Part shown: positions 1 to 14,097 of the stretch, piece by piece
Layout: the number at the start of each line of letters is the position of its first letter
How positions within the stretch are numbered: the stretch's first letter is position 1
From: Octopus vulgaris
Lineage: Eukaryota
DNA: 64,000 nucleotides
Direction: 5' to 3'
Assembly: GCA_951406725.2 (NCBI GenBank)
Contig: OX597829.1
Span: 44,516,001-44,580,000, forward strand
Program-made: the position numbers and the translations under genes
Notes under the pieces: generated by a model
Told to the model about the DNA's origin: nothing
The model's database searches: none
What the model saw: only the letters and a program-made list of their open reading frames with translations

Positions 1-2
1 AG

Positions 3-494
3 TATCTCAACAGGCATGATAGAGCTGCACAATATATTCACTGTGTAATATGCAAAAACCTGGATTTACCCCATGATAAAAACTGGTGGGAACACAAACC
101 ACCTCCAGTGCTTGAAAATGACCACACGTCACTCCTCTGGAACTTCACCATTCAAACTGACAGAAAGATAGATGCAAATAGGCCAGACATTATATTGAAA
201 GACTTCAGGCAAAAATAATGCCTCCTCATTGATATGACTGTCCCAATCGATATAAACGTATCTGTCAAGACCTACTAAAAACTGAGCAAGTATAAAGATC
301 TTGAAATAGAAATTGGCAAAATGTGGAACCTCAAGACTAAAACAAATCCTGTTGTCATGGGTGCCCTGGGAATGATAGCAAAAGGGGCTGATTGCTACCT
401 AGCTCAGATACCAGGAAACCACAAAATGGCAGAAATTCAAAAGATAGTGCTCATGGGAACTGTCCATATTCTACGTAAAATACTTTCTATGTAA
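3..494 (+). mobile_element. 3' end of an R4/Dong-like non-LTR retrotransposon (restriction-like endonuclease domain), decayed
   Basis: Frame 3 reads YLNRHDRAAQYIH..NWWEHKP..LLWNFTIQTDRKIDANRPDII..CLLIDMTVP..KLSKYKDLEIEIGKMWNLKT..PVVMGALG..MGTVHILRKILSM*. This gives the RHD / RPD..D / K..KY RLE motifs, with two in-frame stops. Confidence 0.9.
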
Positions 495-583
495 TCTCAA
501 ATTTTAAAACAAACATAATTTTCTCGTTTTCTTAAACATTCTCTTGAACAATAGCATGTGCTAATCCAAATTTGCGCAAATCC

Positions 584-735
584 AGAGGGAACAAACAAGG
601 ACAGACATAGGTATTAAGTCGATTACATCGAACCCAGTGCGTAACTGATACTTAATTTATCGACCCCGAAAGGATGAAAGGCAAAGTCGACCGAATTTGA
701 ACTCGGAACGTAACGGCAGACGAAATACCGCTAAG
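584..735 (-). mobile_element. tRNA-derived SINE family D fragment
   Basis: Matches the copies at 4080-4453, 13873-14097 and 59204-59836 (gacagaca..gattaagtcgattacatcga..aggatgaaaggcaaagtcgac..gaatttgaactc). Confidence 0.85.
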
Positions 736-844
736 CGGTCTGAAAGCGACGAAAATATTTTGACAAATTAAATTTAAATGTTGAAGTAAATCTAACGGTT
801 TTTTTTTTGTTTCTTAAATTGCTTATAACCACCTTCCACGCTGC

Positions 845-848
<4 letters not shown>
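735..848 (+). mobile_element. 5'-truncated copy of the hammerhead-bearing terminal repeat seen at 54950-56729
   Basis: gcggtctgaaagcgacgaaaatattttgacaaattaaatttaaatgttgaagt..accttccacgctgcaatta is near-identical to 56617-56730 and ends in (TA)n. Confidence 0.85.
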
Positions 849-885
<37 letters not shown>

Positions 886-931
886 AATATATACATACAT
901 TCATTCAAATATCAATTACAAGCAGCTCGAG

Positions 932-1420
932 AAATATTATGATTATCGAGCACACATACACAATGTTTGCATTTTTCTAGTTTGTGTGTAGGTTGCGCTT
1001 ATTGACATAAAAGAATATATTTTCAGCAATGCGCCTGATGTTAAAGCAGTTGGAAGTCATATTCATGCGAGATAACTCGCATGAGGTTCCATTCAAGAGC
1101 GATAGACATCAATGTTTCGTCACTGTTGTGACTTGTCAATACCACGTACCGGAACGAGGCGTAGTTCTTGCACCATTTTGCATATAGTCACAGAGAACGA
1201 TTTAGCTTGCACCGAACTTCCCTTGTGTACGCGATGTTGATTAGCGACAACAATGACAAATCATCGACGTCCATCGCTATTGAATTATGTCGGTTGACGA
1301 AAACTTCCTAGTGCTTTTTACACCAGAAGCGTTGATGAGAATATATTCTCTTACGCCTATAAGCGCAGCCTACCCACGAACAATCAAACTCGTAACCTGA
1401 ATATGTGCTCAATATTGTAA

Positions 1421-1425
<5 letters not shown>
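932..1425. mobile_element. MITE-like element with about 100-bp imperfect terminal inverted repeats
   Basis: Left arm aaatattatgattatcgagcac..gtaggttgcgcttattgacataaaagaatatattttcagcaatgc is the approximate reverse complement of gcgttgatgagaatatattctcttacgcctataagcgcagcctac..gtgctcaatattgtaatattt. Confidence 0.7.
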
Positions 1426-1481
<56 letters not shown>

Positions 1482-1659
1482 TTATATTTCTGTTGATATA
1501 TTTATATATATATATATATACATACATATATATACATATATGCCTACATATATATAGACACATACATGTAGAGGAAGAGACAGGCAGGCAGTCAAACAGA
1601 GCCAGATAGACAGACAGTCAGACAGAGGGACAGACAGGTAGCCAGACAGACAGACAGAC

Positions 1660-1704
<45 letters not shown>

Positions 1705-2118
1705 CATACATACATACAAACATACATACATACATACATACATACATACATACATACATACATACATACATACATACATGCATACATACATACATACATA
1801 GAGAGAGAGAGAGACAGATGAATGGATAGATAGATGGATGGACACTTTACTGTAAATTTTTTTATGCGGAGGGCTCTCCTTGAATGGTTTTGCCCTGTCA
1901 TTATTTCAACTTGGATAACTAGTGAATGTTTTTCACGCAATCTCTTTAATCTCTCTCCTTTCAAGTCAACTTCAATTTGTTAAATACAAGTAAGTCTATA
2001 TGTCATCGGGGATTGTAGTATTTCCTTTGACACACAGTAATTAGGAAGTATACAAACTGGATCGTTAAATCCAATGAAAGAATACATACATATATTTATA
2101 CATATAGGTGTGTGTGTG

Positions 2119-2188
<70 letters not shown>

Positions 2189-2206
2189 TGTATGTATGTA
2201 TGTATG

Positions 2207-2282
<76 letters not shown>

Positions 2283-2306
2283 ATTTAAAAGCAGCAGAAA
2301 TTCAGC

Positions 2307-2353
2307 AAAACCTGTTACTCGGAGTTTCAGGTTCCCGTTCGTCGGACAGTTTT
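2307..2353 (-). ncRNA. Type I hammerhead-like motif, U4C core variant
   Basis: Minus strand: aaaactgt CCGACGA acgggaacct GAAA ctccgag TA acaggtttt. Stem I ctgt/acag, stem III ACTC/GAGT, GUA triplet, weak stem II. Confidence 0.5.
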
Positions 2354-2398
2354 GAGTACTCTTTTTTCCACCTTGTTTCACATTTATGTGTTTACCCC

Positions 2399-2504
<106 letters not shown>

Positions 2505-2642
2505 TATATACATGAAGACACGTGGCATAACCTGGTGGATGTTACACTGATGATCGCTGTTTCAATTCCTTGATCAAGTTGTGCGCTCTGTTCTTGTGCC
2601 AAACGCTTCATCTCATATTGTTCTGCAATCAATTCGAGATTT

Positions 2643-2675
<33 letters not shown>

Positions 2676-3450
2676 GTGTGTGTGTCTGTGTACATATATA
2701 AACCGTATATATATATACATATATATATATACATATATATGTATATATGTACACTGTATATATATATATATATACATATATACATATATATCTATATGTA
2801 TATATATACATACATAAATATATACACTGTATATATATACTTATATACATATATATATGTATATATATACACATTAGTATTTCTTTAGATAAATATTAGC
2901 TTACTTCAAATTTCCTTCTTAGCATCATATTTTGAAAAAGTCATAATTGAAAAATAAAATATTGACAAACCAAGCCCAGACGTACATTTTCCTCTAGTTC
3001 CCTGATCAATGCTCAGTATATTCATAGTAATGTAATCAATAGTAATGTAATCAATATATTCAATATATTCGTCGTAATGTAATCAATCACGTAACAGCGA
3101 AACTATTCACATTCAAGGAGAATCGCTAGAAATACAAACGAACAACAGTAAAAGCCAGGTAAGAAGAACTAACACATTTCAAATACGAATGATACGACAC
3201 ATCACAAATTGAAAACAAATGCATCGTAGGCGTCATATAGTATTTCTTTTGTTTGTTTGTTTTTGTTAGTTTTTACCTCAAATCGAACGCTATACTCACG
3301 AAATGCGTTGGAGCATATTTTCAAATTATAAGATCTACAAAGCAATAAAATATTCGCTGTGTACAACAAACGGCACATAGTGATACAGATAATTCTCTTC
3401 ATTTGATATCCATATTGGAAAACGAAATATCACTCCTATACTAAAACTAC

Positions 3451-3489
<39 letters not shown>

Positions 3490-3633
3490 CATATAAGACG
3501 CACGCGCACACACATATATGTGTGTAGGAGTGTGGGTATATAACCATATACTTATGTGTATCATATACATATGTGTATATATATATAGTTCATCTATGTA
3601 TCATATATATATGATTTCATAGATATATGATTA

Positions 3634-3676
<43 letters not shown>

Positions 3677-3831
3677 GTATATAATACTACTACTAATAGT
3701 AGTATTACATACGTACATATAATCATACATACACCTATATATATATAATCATATATCTATCTACAAAATCATAGATAGATATACATAGACGAACTATACA
3801 TATTGGTATATCTACCCCCCACACACACACT

Positions 3832-3865
<34 letters not shown>

Positions 3866-4079
3866 CTTACACATATGTATATATGTGTGTGTGCTTACAC
3901 ATATACATACATATATGCATACACATATACATAATATATATATACACACAAACATATAATTTTGTATTACATAGTTTTTATTAATCCTTTGTTTACTCTG
4001 TCTGAAGTTTTTGTTTCAAATAAAACTTAGGGTTATGAAAAAGTATTTATATTCATTTGTGTATTATTCTTTTCTACTC

Positions 4080-4453
4080 CAGACAGAAGGCCCGAAATTT
4101 TGAGGGAGAGAGGCTAGCAGATAAGATTGATCTCATTACGGAACTGGTGCTTAATTTATCGACCCTGAAAGGATGAAAGGCAAAGCCGACCCCGGTGGAA
4201 TTTGAACTCAGAACATAATGACAAACGAAATACTTGTTTCTTTACTACCCACAAGGGGCTAAACACAGAGGGAACAAACAAGGACAGACAAACGGATTAA
4301 GTCGATTACATCGACCCCAGTGCGTAACTGGTACTTATTCAATCGATTCCGAAAGGATGAAAGGCAAAGTCGACCTCGGCGGAATTTGAACTCAGAACGT
4401 AAAGACAGACGAAATTGCGCAAAGCATTTCGCCCGGTGCGCTAACGTTTCTGC
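4080..4453 (-). mobile_element. SINE family D, tandem/nested pair
   Basis: Two successive copies of the gaaaggatgaaaggcaaag(t/c)cgac..gaatttgaactcagaac block. Confidence 0.85.
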
Positions 4454-5007
4454 TATATTTAGTTAATGAATTACACATGAAGTGTATTGTTGTTGTTTAA
4501 CTTCTGCTCAATGAGAGTTGATCAAAGACTTTCTAACCATGACCATCATTCATTTTCTAACTATCCAATGTGTCCATTTTAAGACAGTAGTGGGTGAATT
4601 GAGGGTGTTTTTCTGCTTTTTTTAGCAGGTCAAGTAGCCAAGCAGAGGCTTCCTCATTGGCTTGTAATACTTCTTGTTAAAGGAAAGTGGGGCAGGGTTT
4701 GGTTGATCGAATGAACCTCTCTGTATTACTGGTATTTATTTCAGTGATCTTCCCAGACCGCTAAGCATTTCGCCCGGCGTGCTAACGTTTCTGCCTGCTC
4801 ACCACCTTTCATATGTGCATTATTGTATGATTTATATGTGTGAGTGTGTCTGTGTGTGTGTGTGTGTGAGCCTGTATGTATTAGTATTTGATAAGTGCCA
4901 ACGCACGAAACTCTCGGAACTTCAGTCACTCTGTTCCTTCTGCTACATATTAATAAAAATATACATATACCCGTACTTTTAGGTTTTCTTTTCCTCTTTC
5001 CACCAAC

Positions 5008-5077
<70 letters not shown>

Positions 5078-5328
5078 ATATATATAATTGAAGAATTGGA
5101 GTCAACAAGAAGGTTGGACACTTATTCAAAATATAAATATCCAGCCGTACCCCTTCTTGTTGACTCCAAATTTTTTCAATTATTTATTCAAACACAACAG
5201 ACACCCAAACGCAAATCTTAAGTACTTATAAAACTGCTACTGAATTACACAGGGTAAACTCTGAAGGTGGACGAGCTTTTTACTGTACTACGTTCTTGAC
5301 AGAATATACCATAAATATATATATGTGT

Positions 5329-5580
5329 GTGGAGGCGCGTAGCTTAGTGGTTAGGATGTCAGCATCATGATCGTAAGATTGTGGTTTCCATTCCTGGACC
5401 GAGCGACGCGTTGTGTTCTTGAGCAAAACACTTCATTTCACGTTGCTTCAGTTCACTCAGCTGGCAAAATTGAGTAACGCTGAGATGGACTGGCGTCCCG
5501 TCCAGCTGGGGAACACATACGCCATAGAAACCGGGAAACCGGACCCATGAGCCTGGCTAGGCTTTAAAAGGACGCATTTA
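5329..5580 (+). mobile_element. tRNA-derived SINE family C
   Basis: A-box-like agcttagtggttagg, B-box-like ggtttccattcc, body gatggactggcgtcccgtccag. Near-identical to 13609-13860. Confidence 0.9.
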
Positions 5581-5914
5581 TTTTATTATATATATATATA
5601 TGTGTGTGTGTGTGTGGGTGTGTGTGTATGTGTGTTTATGTGTGTGTCTGTGTGTATGTATGTATGTATGTGTGTATGTATGTATGCAGGCATGTATGTA
5701 TGTAACTATGGTTGTATATATGTATTATGAATGTATGTATTTTTGTACGTATGTAAGTATGCATGTATGTATATATGTATTTAATCGTGTATGTATGTAA
5801 TCATGTATGCATGCAAGTACGTATGTTTGTATGCATTTATGTATGTAGGTATGCATGTAAAAATGTATGTGTATGCATGCGTGCGCGTGCGTGTGCATTT
5901 GTGCCTGTGTGTAT

Positions 5915-6935
5915 GCGAGGAGTGGCTCTGTAGTTAGACGCTTGCTTCCTAACGACGTGGTGCCATGTTCAGCCCCACTGCGTGGAACGTTGGGCAAGTG
6001 TCTTCTACTATAGTCTCAGGCCGACCAAAGCCTTGTGAGTGGATTTGGTAGACGTAAACTGAAAGAATCCCGTCTTATATCCCGTCTTATAAATGCGAAA
6101 ACTATTTTCTGTGTGTCAGTGTGTCACACTGTTAGTAGCCTTGTTAGTGGTTTTAGTAGACAGAATCTAAAGGAAACCCGTAGTGTATACTTAGGGTTAT
6201 TCAAAAAGAATGAACCGATTTCACTACGCAATGTTTTAATAAGGAAAAGCAATAGAAAACTCCAGCTAAGTCACAAGTATTTAATCAGTGTGAGATTTTT
6301 GTACCATCTGCATAACTTGTGATCGTGGCTCTCTGTGTGGCTGAGGGTATGTCTGAGAGGACCATTATGAACTGTAGTGGTCCCAAAACAGTGCCTTGCG
6401 GAACACCGCTCACTATTTGCGTGTCATTGGCGGTGGCTCCATTGGCCACTACCACCGGACTTTTATCCTTCAGAAAGTCATGCAACCATTCTTTTAATTT
6501 CCCGACAATGCCGAGATCACGCAGTTTGTGACAGATTATTTCATGATCGACATTATCGAAGGCCTTTGCAAAGTCGAGATAAACCACATCCACATTTGAT
6601 TGGTTGAGCAGCTGTTTCACCACCTAGCCATATAGTATTGTAAGAGCTGAGTCAGGCAGCTTCTTCCTGGTCGGAAACCACACGGAAATATACATGTGTC
6701 TGTGTGTATGTGTGTATGTGTGTGTGTCTTTACGTCCGTGTTTGTTCCTCACCTCCACTTGACAACCGATGTTGGTCTGTTTACTGATGGTGATGTGGTT
6801 CATCAAAAAGACGGTTAGTATTAGCACCAGGCTTTAACGAAATAAGTACTGGGCACTATTCATTCGACTAACAATTCTTAAATGCGTTGCTCCAGCATGG
6901 CCGGTTGCAGTCTAATGACTGAAACAAGAAAAAGA
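5915..6935 (+). mobile_element. SINE family A interrupted by a Tc1-like terminus and a LINE RT fragment
   Basis: The family A head (about 5915-6075) and tail (about 6720-6935) are separated by tacttagggttattcaaaaagaatgaaccgatttc and the RT fragment. Confidence 0.65.
6285..6681 (-). pseudogene. Non-LTR retrotransposon reverse transcriptase fragment (CR1/L2 group)
   Basis: VDVVYLDFAKAFDNVDH..WLHDFL..SGVPQGTVLGPL..YADGTKI; an upstream frameshifted GF-RPGRSCLTQLL is also present. Confidence 0.92.
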
Positions 6936-7932
6936 TGTCACCTCATCGTGAGTTTGTGTAATAGTACCACATATTTAATAAAAACCATAAGCTAAATCCC
7001 GAAGGACAGATTATCTCTGTGCGTAAATTCGCTTTCAAATATGACAAAATATTTTACAGTTTATGTGTTTGAGTTGGCGTAACGGTGTATGTTTGTTTTT
7101 GTTTCATTCTGTGTGATTGTGTGTGCGTTTTATTTTTATTTTTGCAGTGTAGAAAAATAAGTGTTAAATTCTTGTAAAAAATGGTTTTAATCGATACACT
7201 TCAGGTTTTATGATTGTGAAGAATTCTTCAGGATTGTGCGTAATCTGGATTTTCTCTTTCGCTTTTCTCTTTTCTCTCTGTTTTTTTTTTCTTTTACTCT
7301 TATGTTTTTTACTCTCTCCTCAATCTCCCTTTCTTTCTCTAAGTATCTCTCAATGTATATATAAGTATGAATACGTGTGAGTGTGTGTGTGTGTATGCAT
7401 GTATGCATGTGTAGTATTCAGATGAAGCCCTTCTGTTTCACCAGTTTCATGTAAGCCACGTCGGAATGAATACGTGTTTAGTTATGGAAGGAGAGAAGAT
7501 TTTAAACTCTTGGTGTTATATTCGCTTCTTTTTTCTTTTTCTTTTCCCCTATTTCTCTTTTCCGTTTCTTATTTCTTTTCTTTCTTCCTTTCTTTCTTTC
7601 TCTATCTTTTTTTTTTTTCTACTTGTGATTGTCACTAAACAGATTTAGTAGAGTTGGATGGAGTTGTTCAGTCAAAGAAATTTTTCTCAAATCAACTATT
7701 TATAAAGACGTTTGGAAGAGGAATCGTCCAAAGAATTACTTTCTGTTAATCTTAAATCCTTAATAGTCTTCAGAAATGTAAGATTATGTGTCTTTATGTC
7801 ATTCGCTCTGTACTGTTGTTATGGAAGAGATAGATACATGAGAATGTCTATTTCTTTCTATATTTCCATTGCATCCACATACATCCATACACATGTCGAT
7901 ATATATATAAATATCTGAACTTATATTTGCAC

Positions 7933-7966
<34 letters not shown>

Positions 7967-7969
7967 TAA

Positions 7970-8098
<129 letters not shown>

Positions 8099-8978
8099 AA
8101 GTATATACGCAAATACACAAATATTAGTATGTCTATAATATGTCTGCTTTAATACAAATATTATAGCCTTATTTTTTTTACCACATTCAATTTTATTACT
8201 ACTACGACTATTATTATTATTTTTATTTTTATTATTATTTTCATTTTTTTATTGTCATTTTTTTTCATATTTTATTCGTTGTTGTTTTGTTTTTTTGTTA
8301 TTTGTTTATTTATTGGATGATATGAGCCAAAATGCTTGTTGATCGAAATCTGCAGAACTAATCCACAGCAACAACTTGTTCCTTATTCCTTTCACTTCTC
8401 GTAATCTTCTCTGTCAATTTATATTACGTTGACTGCGATGATTGTCAGCCCTAAAGACATGAAACTCCATCTTTTTTTCTTTACTTCTGGTTTTTTTTTT
8501 TTTTTGATAAATAGTTGTTTCTGTTCTTGGTGAAAATAGTGATAGTGAACAAAATGGTAGAAATAATATTGACGTTGATGATAGTGATTGCGTGGCAGCC
8601 ACAGACTTGGGTGCTATTGCTGCCTTTGCTATTAATTTTTAGTTTCAGAAAATTCAGTTTTTGTTTCCTCATATCTGATTATTAGTTTCTGTTCTCATTT
8701 GTCTTTTCCATTTTTCAAATTGTCATCACATTTATTGAAAATTGCATTTAAAGTATATCTCTGCATTTTCCATCTTTTTGTCTCGTTTCAGCCATTGGAT
8801 TGCAGCTTTGCTGGGGGGGGGGTCCATATACAGCCTTGTAATGTTTCGCTAAAGAAAATCGATCCCCATTACAGATATATTTTTAGATGTATGTTTATAC
8901 ACACACACAAGCACACACACACAAACACACACGCGCGCGCGCACACACACACACATACACACACACATGTATATACAT

Positions 8979-9013
<35 letters not shown>

Positions 9014-9027
9014 CATATGTATATATA

Positions 9028-9189
9028 AGCATAGGAGTGGCTGTGTGGTAAATAGTTTGCTTACCAACCACATGGTTCTGGGTTCAGTCCCACTGCGTGG
9101 CACCTTGGACAAGTGTCTTCTACTATAGCCTCGGGCCGACCAAAGCCTTGTAAGTGGATTTGGTAGACGGGAACTGAAAGAAGCCCGTC

Positions 9190-9267
<78 letters not shown>

Positions 9268-9495
9268 ATCTGTGTGTGTATTGGTTTGTGTGTCTGTGTT
9301 TGTCCCCCCAACATCGCTTGACAACCGATGCTGGTGTGTTTACGTACCCGTAACCTAGCGGTTCGGCAAAAGAGACCAATAGAATAAGTACTAGGCTTAC
9401 AAAGAATAAGTCCTGGGTTCGATTTGCTCGACTAAAGGCGGTGCTCCCGTATGGCCGCAGTCAAATGACTGAAGCAAGTAAAAGAGTAAAAGAGT
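9028..9495 (+). mobile_element. tRNA-derived SINE family A, full length, with internal (TA)n(TG)n
   Basis: ggagtggctgtgtggta..gggttcagtccc..gaagcccgtcg(TA)n..ttgacaaccgatgctgg..(gtaaaaga)n tail; many copies in the window. Confidence 0.92.
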
Positions 9496-10448
9496 ATATA
9501 TATATATTTGTGGGTTGACAAGGTAACAAATGGTTCCATGTGAAGAGTAGCAGTTCCAGGTGGCATGCTTGAACATTTGTAAAGAACTCTTTACATGAAA
9601 CCATTGGTAGTCTTGTTAACTCACAAATACAGAATAGTTATCCATCAATACTGTGCTTAGCACTCACGTTTACTGTTTGATATTAGCCTATACATATCGA
9701 AGTGTGTGCGTGCGTGTGTATTCGTTTGTGTGCATAGATTATGCATGCGACAGAAGCAGCTCTACATTAAATTCATTATCTATATGGCATACTTAATGTA
9801 TGCTTAATACAGAAATATTTGAGGTTATACTGGTCGTCTGGGAAAAGATACTTTTCTAGAGGTAATATGTCAAAATCAGAAAATGTACTTAAGAACTAGA
9901 CGAAATGAAATCGTCTCTGAACCAATCACGAGAGTGAGAGATGCGCACTTCGCCATTTTTTACTGCTTATCATTGTCACGTACTTGAGTCACTTCCGACA
10001 TAAAGTTGTCTCGGCCAGTCACTTCCGACATAAAGTTGTCTCGGTTAACAATTTCAGGAAAGATTCTTCGTAGTTCGGTGTAGTATCTAAATTTATTTTA
10101 ATAGTAATCTATATTTTGTAGGTTATTTATATTCTGAACCTCATCGATTTGGTGCCATTTTAACTTTTTCAGAAATTAATGGCCCCAAAAATGCATAATT
10201 TTGTCGTTTGACCGTTTGATTTTCACAAAATGGTGTGTTGTAATTCATTCTCGTTCTCTCAAATTTCTTCGATTATTTTTTTTTTTGTTTTTTGTTAGGA
10301 GAGATTTCGTTATCGTTTCCATGAAATTATTCTTCCACATTGTCTTCTTCGTTTTATGCTGAGTCTTCTTTTTCTGTGATAATTTTATTTCTTTTTTCCA
10401 CTTTGCATTTTCATCGATACTGTGAAAAATTTTCTGCTTATTATTAGA

Positions 10449-11325
10449 CTAGCTTAAGGTGACCCGCTCTACGCGCGGGTAAGAGTGTGGTTGTTACTTC
10501 CTGTTGCTTCCTTTCTGTTTTTTATCACCACATTCTCCCTCTTTGTTTCTCTCTCCTTTCTCTCTCACTTTCCCACTCTCTTACTCTTCATTTCTCTCGG
10601 ACTCTCCCTTGCTTTCTCTTAATCTCTATCTTTCTCTATCTATCTCTCTCCCATTTATAAACAGCAAAATATCTTGAGTAAGTTGAGAAAGTAAATATTT
10701 TGAAAGATCAATCATAAATATCAGGCAGTGACAACGGAAAGGTCTGCTTCAAGGCATACAGCAAAACACTAACATTTAAAAGGGACAGACGAACTTGCGA
10801 GCTGAATAAAAATAAAATAAAAAATATTGGAAACCAGAGTTTGAAGGGATAGAATCTGAGGATAGTAGGGTCACCATGGCTGGCATTTCTTAACGACGGA
10901 CAGCAACGTAGTGGCAGTTTAACGGCTGGCGTAAAATTTTGAACTTGATGTAAAAGAAAATTTCTAAACACCAAGTTCTGAAGTGATTCTTTCACACGAC
11001 AGTAGACTCACCATGGCAAGCATTTAAAACGTCTTCATCATGGACGGCAATGCAAATTTTTTAGCTTGATGTAACAGAGAATTCCTAAACACCCGCTCCT
11101 GTAAATTTTAATCCCCTTCCAGCCCCATTTAGACCCATTTTCACATTTTGGTTAATATAACCCGATTTCATTCGGGACTACTCGGGCCACATTTTATAAG
11201 ATGAGGAATTTTGTCCTAGAGGTCACGCCTTTCATTTGAGGAAAAAAATAGTTGCAATGCAAACTCGCCAGTACTTTTAACATAGGTGCGCATATTTTCA
11301 GCTCAACAGACCACATAATGCACAC

Positions 11326-11405
<80 letters not shown>

Positions 11406-11627
11406 TGTACGCATTATATATACAAATGTATACTAATTATATATATATATATATAAATACAGATACATGCACTTTGTATATATACATTATATATACATAT
11501 TTATATATAGAACACACACACACATATATAAATTAACCCAATAAATATCTGATTGATAATATTTGTTCTCATGATTTTGTGGTGGTTGTGGTGGCGATAA
11601 TAATTCTTTCTGTGAATGCAGACAGAC

Positions 11628-11664
<37 letters not shown>

Positions 11665-12010
11665 ATGTGGTAGAAAGAGTGAAAGCGGCGGGGGAAAGGT
11701 AGTAGACGTTGTCAAACGACGTTATAGAGAGAAAGTGAAAGGAAGGAAGGAAGGAAGGAAAGAGAGAGACACGGAGGAAGGCAGGCAGATAAGAGAATGA
11801 GAGTAGACTTGTCACAGTGTGCATTTTTGGCCCTAGGAACCACACCTTTTAATATAGGGATTTCTAATTTAGCCCACTCACATCCTCACCTCATTTTACA
11901 TCTCCCTGTAAATTTTGGAGTCAATCCGACGGGATCTAGTGCCCTTTAACACGTTCCAATGCCAAAACCAGACAAACAAACTTTTCGCATTTCAGATTTA
12001 TAGATATTGA
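10449..12010 (-). mobile_element. Non-autonomous Helitron (about 1.56 kb)
   Basis: Minus strand starts A|TCaatatctataaatctgaaatgcgaaaagtttgtttgtc and ends with hairpin cccgcgcgtagagcggg followed by CTAG|T. Confidence 0.65.
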
Positions 12011-12378
12011 TTCACATCCCTCATCAACTGCATGATTAAGAAGCGAGTCTGTGGAGCGCTCAACCACTTGCACGTTAATTTCACGAGCAGGCTGTTCCGT
12101 TTATAGGATCAACTGGAACGCTCGTCGTCGTAACCGACGGAGTGCCAGTATATTTAAAACTTAAAATTTAAATGCTGCAAGAATTCCAAATAAAAAAGAA
12201 ATAGAACTGTGCAAATGTCTAATGTAATGTAATCCACTTCTTGTTGCGCAATCTGGCACGCCTCCAGAAGATTTGACCGAGCGATTATTTAATGAACAAA
12301 CAGAGATCATCATGTTTTTGTATTCTTTTAGAAGAGCAGTTTCTATCTTTATAAATGGCAGTAGGGGAATTTAACATA

Positions 12379-12751
12379 TCTTTATATATAAAAGTGAAGT
12401 TGTGTGTCTGTCTCCTACGATTTAGATTCCTAACTACTCCCACATTTTGCGGTGCAGTTTAACCAAAACCGGGTATCTTATAGTCGTGATTCATATCGAG
12501 CCCTTCTGGATATTAGCGCGCGTCTACGATGAGTCTACGATTTAAAAAAAAATTTACCATCATTTTTCCATTTTAATGCATTTTTTCTAAAAATGTCTAC
12601 GATGAGTCAACGATTTAAAAAAAAATTTACCATAATTTTTTTCCATTTTTAATGCATTTTTTTTTTTGCTATTTCTTTGCTATAACTCTCTAAAAATGCT
12701 TATATAGTTATTTCCCTTACAAACCCGAGCAACGCCGGGCGATACTGCTAG
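12379..12751 (+). mobile_element. Non-autonomous Helitron, family E
   Basis: A|TCtttatatataaaa 5' end, 3' hairpin cccgagcaacgccggg, then CTAG|T; five related copies in the window. Confidence 0.88.
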
Positions 12752-12982
12752 TTGTCTCATAATAGACTTGGTTTAAATTTTATGGTTGGCTAGTCTGCGT
12801 AGTGACATGCATGATTGTTTGGATCAGAATTTCACTTTTCAATTGTCCTTCGATTCGTTCCCACTTCTTGCAAAACCGGACAATTGCTTCTTACATGAGT
12901 TTCGGATCCAGGAACGTATTGTAAGTAAAATTCGCAACTCTGAAACTGTGTGGAAACATGTCGCATGTGTGTGTATGTGTGT

Positions 12983-13033
<51 letters not shown>

Positions 13034-13608
13034 TCAGACAGACAGACAGAGAGGGAGGGAGGGAGGGAGGGAGGGAGGGAGTGTGTGTCTGTCTGTCTGT
13101 CTTTGTGTCTGTATGTCTGTGTATGTGCACACTGGCAATGAATGTAAACATCACCAAGAAAACCATAACACCGGTGCTCAGCGGAACAAGTCATCTGTTT
13201 TTGTAACTGTTTTACTCCGTGTTGCACGGATGATATTCTGTCAGCCTCGCTATACGGAATGCAATATATCAGTATAGTTGACCTGTTAGGTCCCCATAAC
13301 TATTACTTACAATTCCCAATTTAAAATAAACACGCAAACAAAATAGACACGTACACAGATTATTCTATCAATTCCTCTTTGAGTGTTTTATTTCCACGAC
13401 CAAGCAAACGCAATCGACATATATAATATGCCAACCCGTCCTAGATAGATTTTAAGACGACTAAACCAAGATTCATTTTATGAGGCTCATTTTTGGGACA
13501 TTATATGAAACCTTGTATGAACCTCATAGAAACTCTATATGAAAGCTTACGGCAAGGTGCATCATATGATGACTCGGCTTACAATATATGTTGACTATAT
13601 ATTATTAC

Positions 13609-13860
13609 GTGGAGGCGCGTGGCTTAGTGGTTAGGGTGTCAGCATCATGATCGTAAGATTGTGGTTTCGATTCCTGGACCGGGCAATGCGTTGTGTTCTT
13701 GAGCAAAACATTTAATTTCACGTTGCTCCAGTCCACTCATCTAGCAAAATGAGTAACGCTGCGATGGACTGGCGTCCTATCCAGCTGTGGAATGCATACG
13801 CCATTGAAACCCGGAAACCGGGCCCATGAGCCTGGCTAGGCTTTAAAAGGGCGCATTTAT
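13609..13860 (+). mobile_element. SINE family C
   Basis: ggcttagtggttaggg..ggtttcgattcc; paralog of 5329-5580. Confidence 0.9.
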
Positions 13861-13872
13861 TTTATTTTTATA

Positions 13873-14097
13873 TTTCTTTACTACCCACAAGGGGCTAAAC
13901 ACAAAGAATGCAAACAAGGACAGACAAACGGATTAAGTCGATTATATTGACCCCAGTGCGTAACTGGTACTTATTTAATCGACCCCCGAAATGATGAAAG
14001 GCAAAGTTGACCTCGGCGGAATTTGAACTCAGAATGCAGCGGCTGACGAAATACCGCTAAGCCCGGCGTGCTAACGAATCTGCCAGCTCGCCGCCTT
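13873..14097 (-). mobile_element. SINE family D, full length
   Basis: Minus-strand head aggcggcgagctggcaga..gagttcaaattcc, tail ccttgtgggtagtaaagaaa. Confidence 0.88.

Noticed and set aside
7195-7235. Minus-strand CTGAAGA..GAAG..TC with aatc/gatt stem
   Set aside because: No stem II pairing and no GAAA; too degenerate to call a hammerhead.
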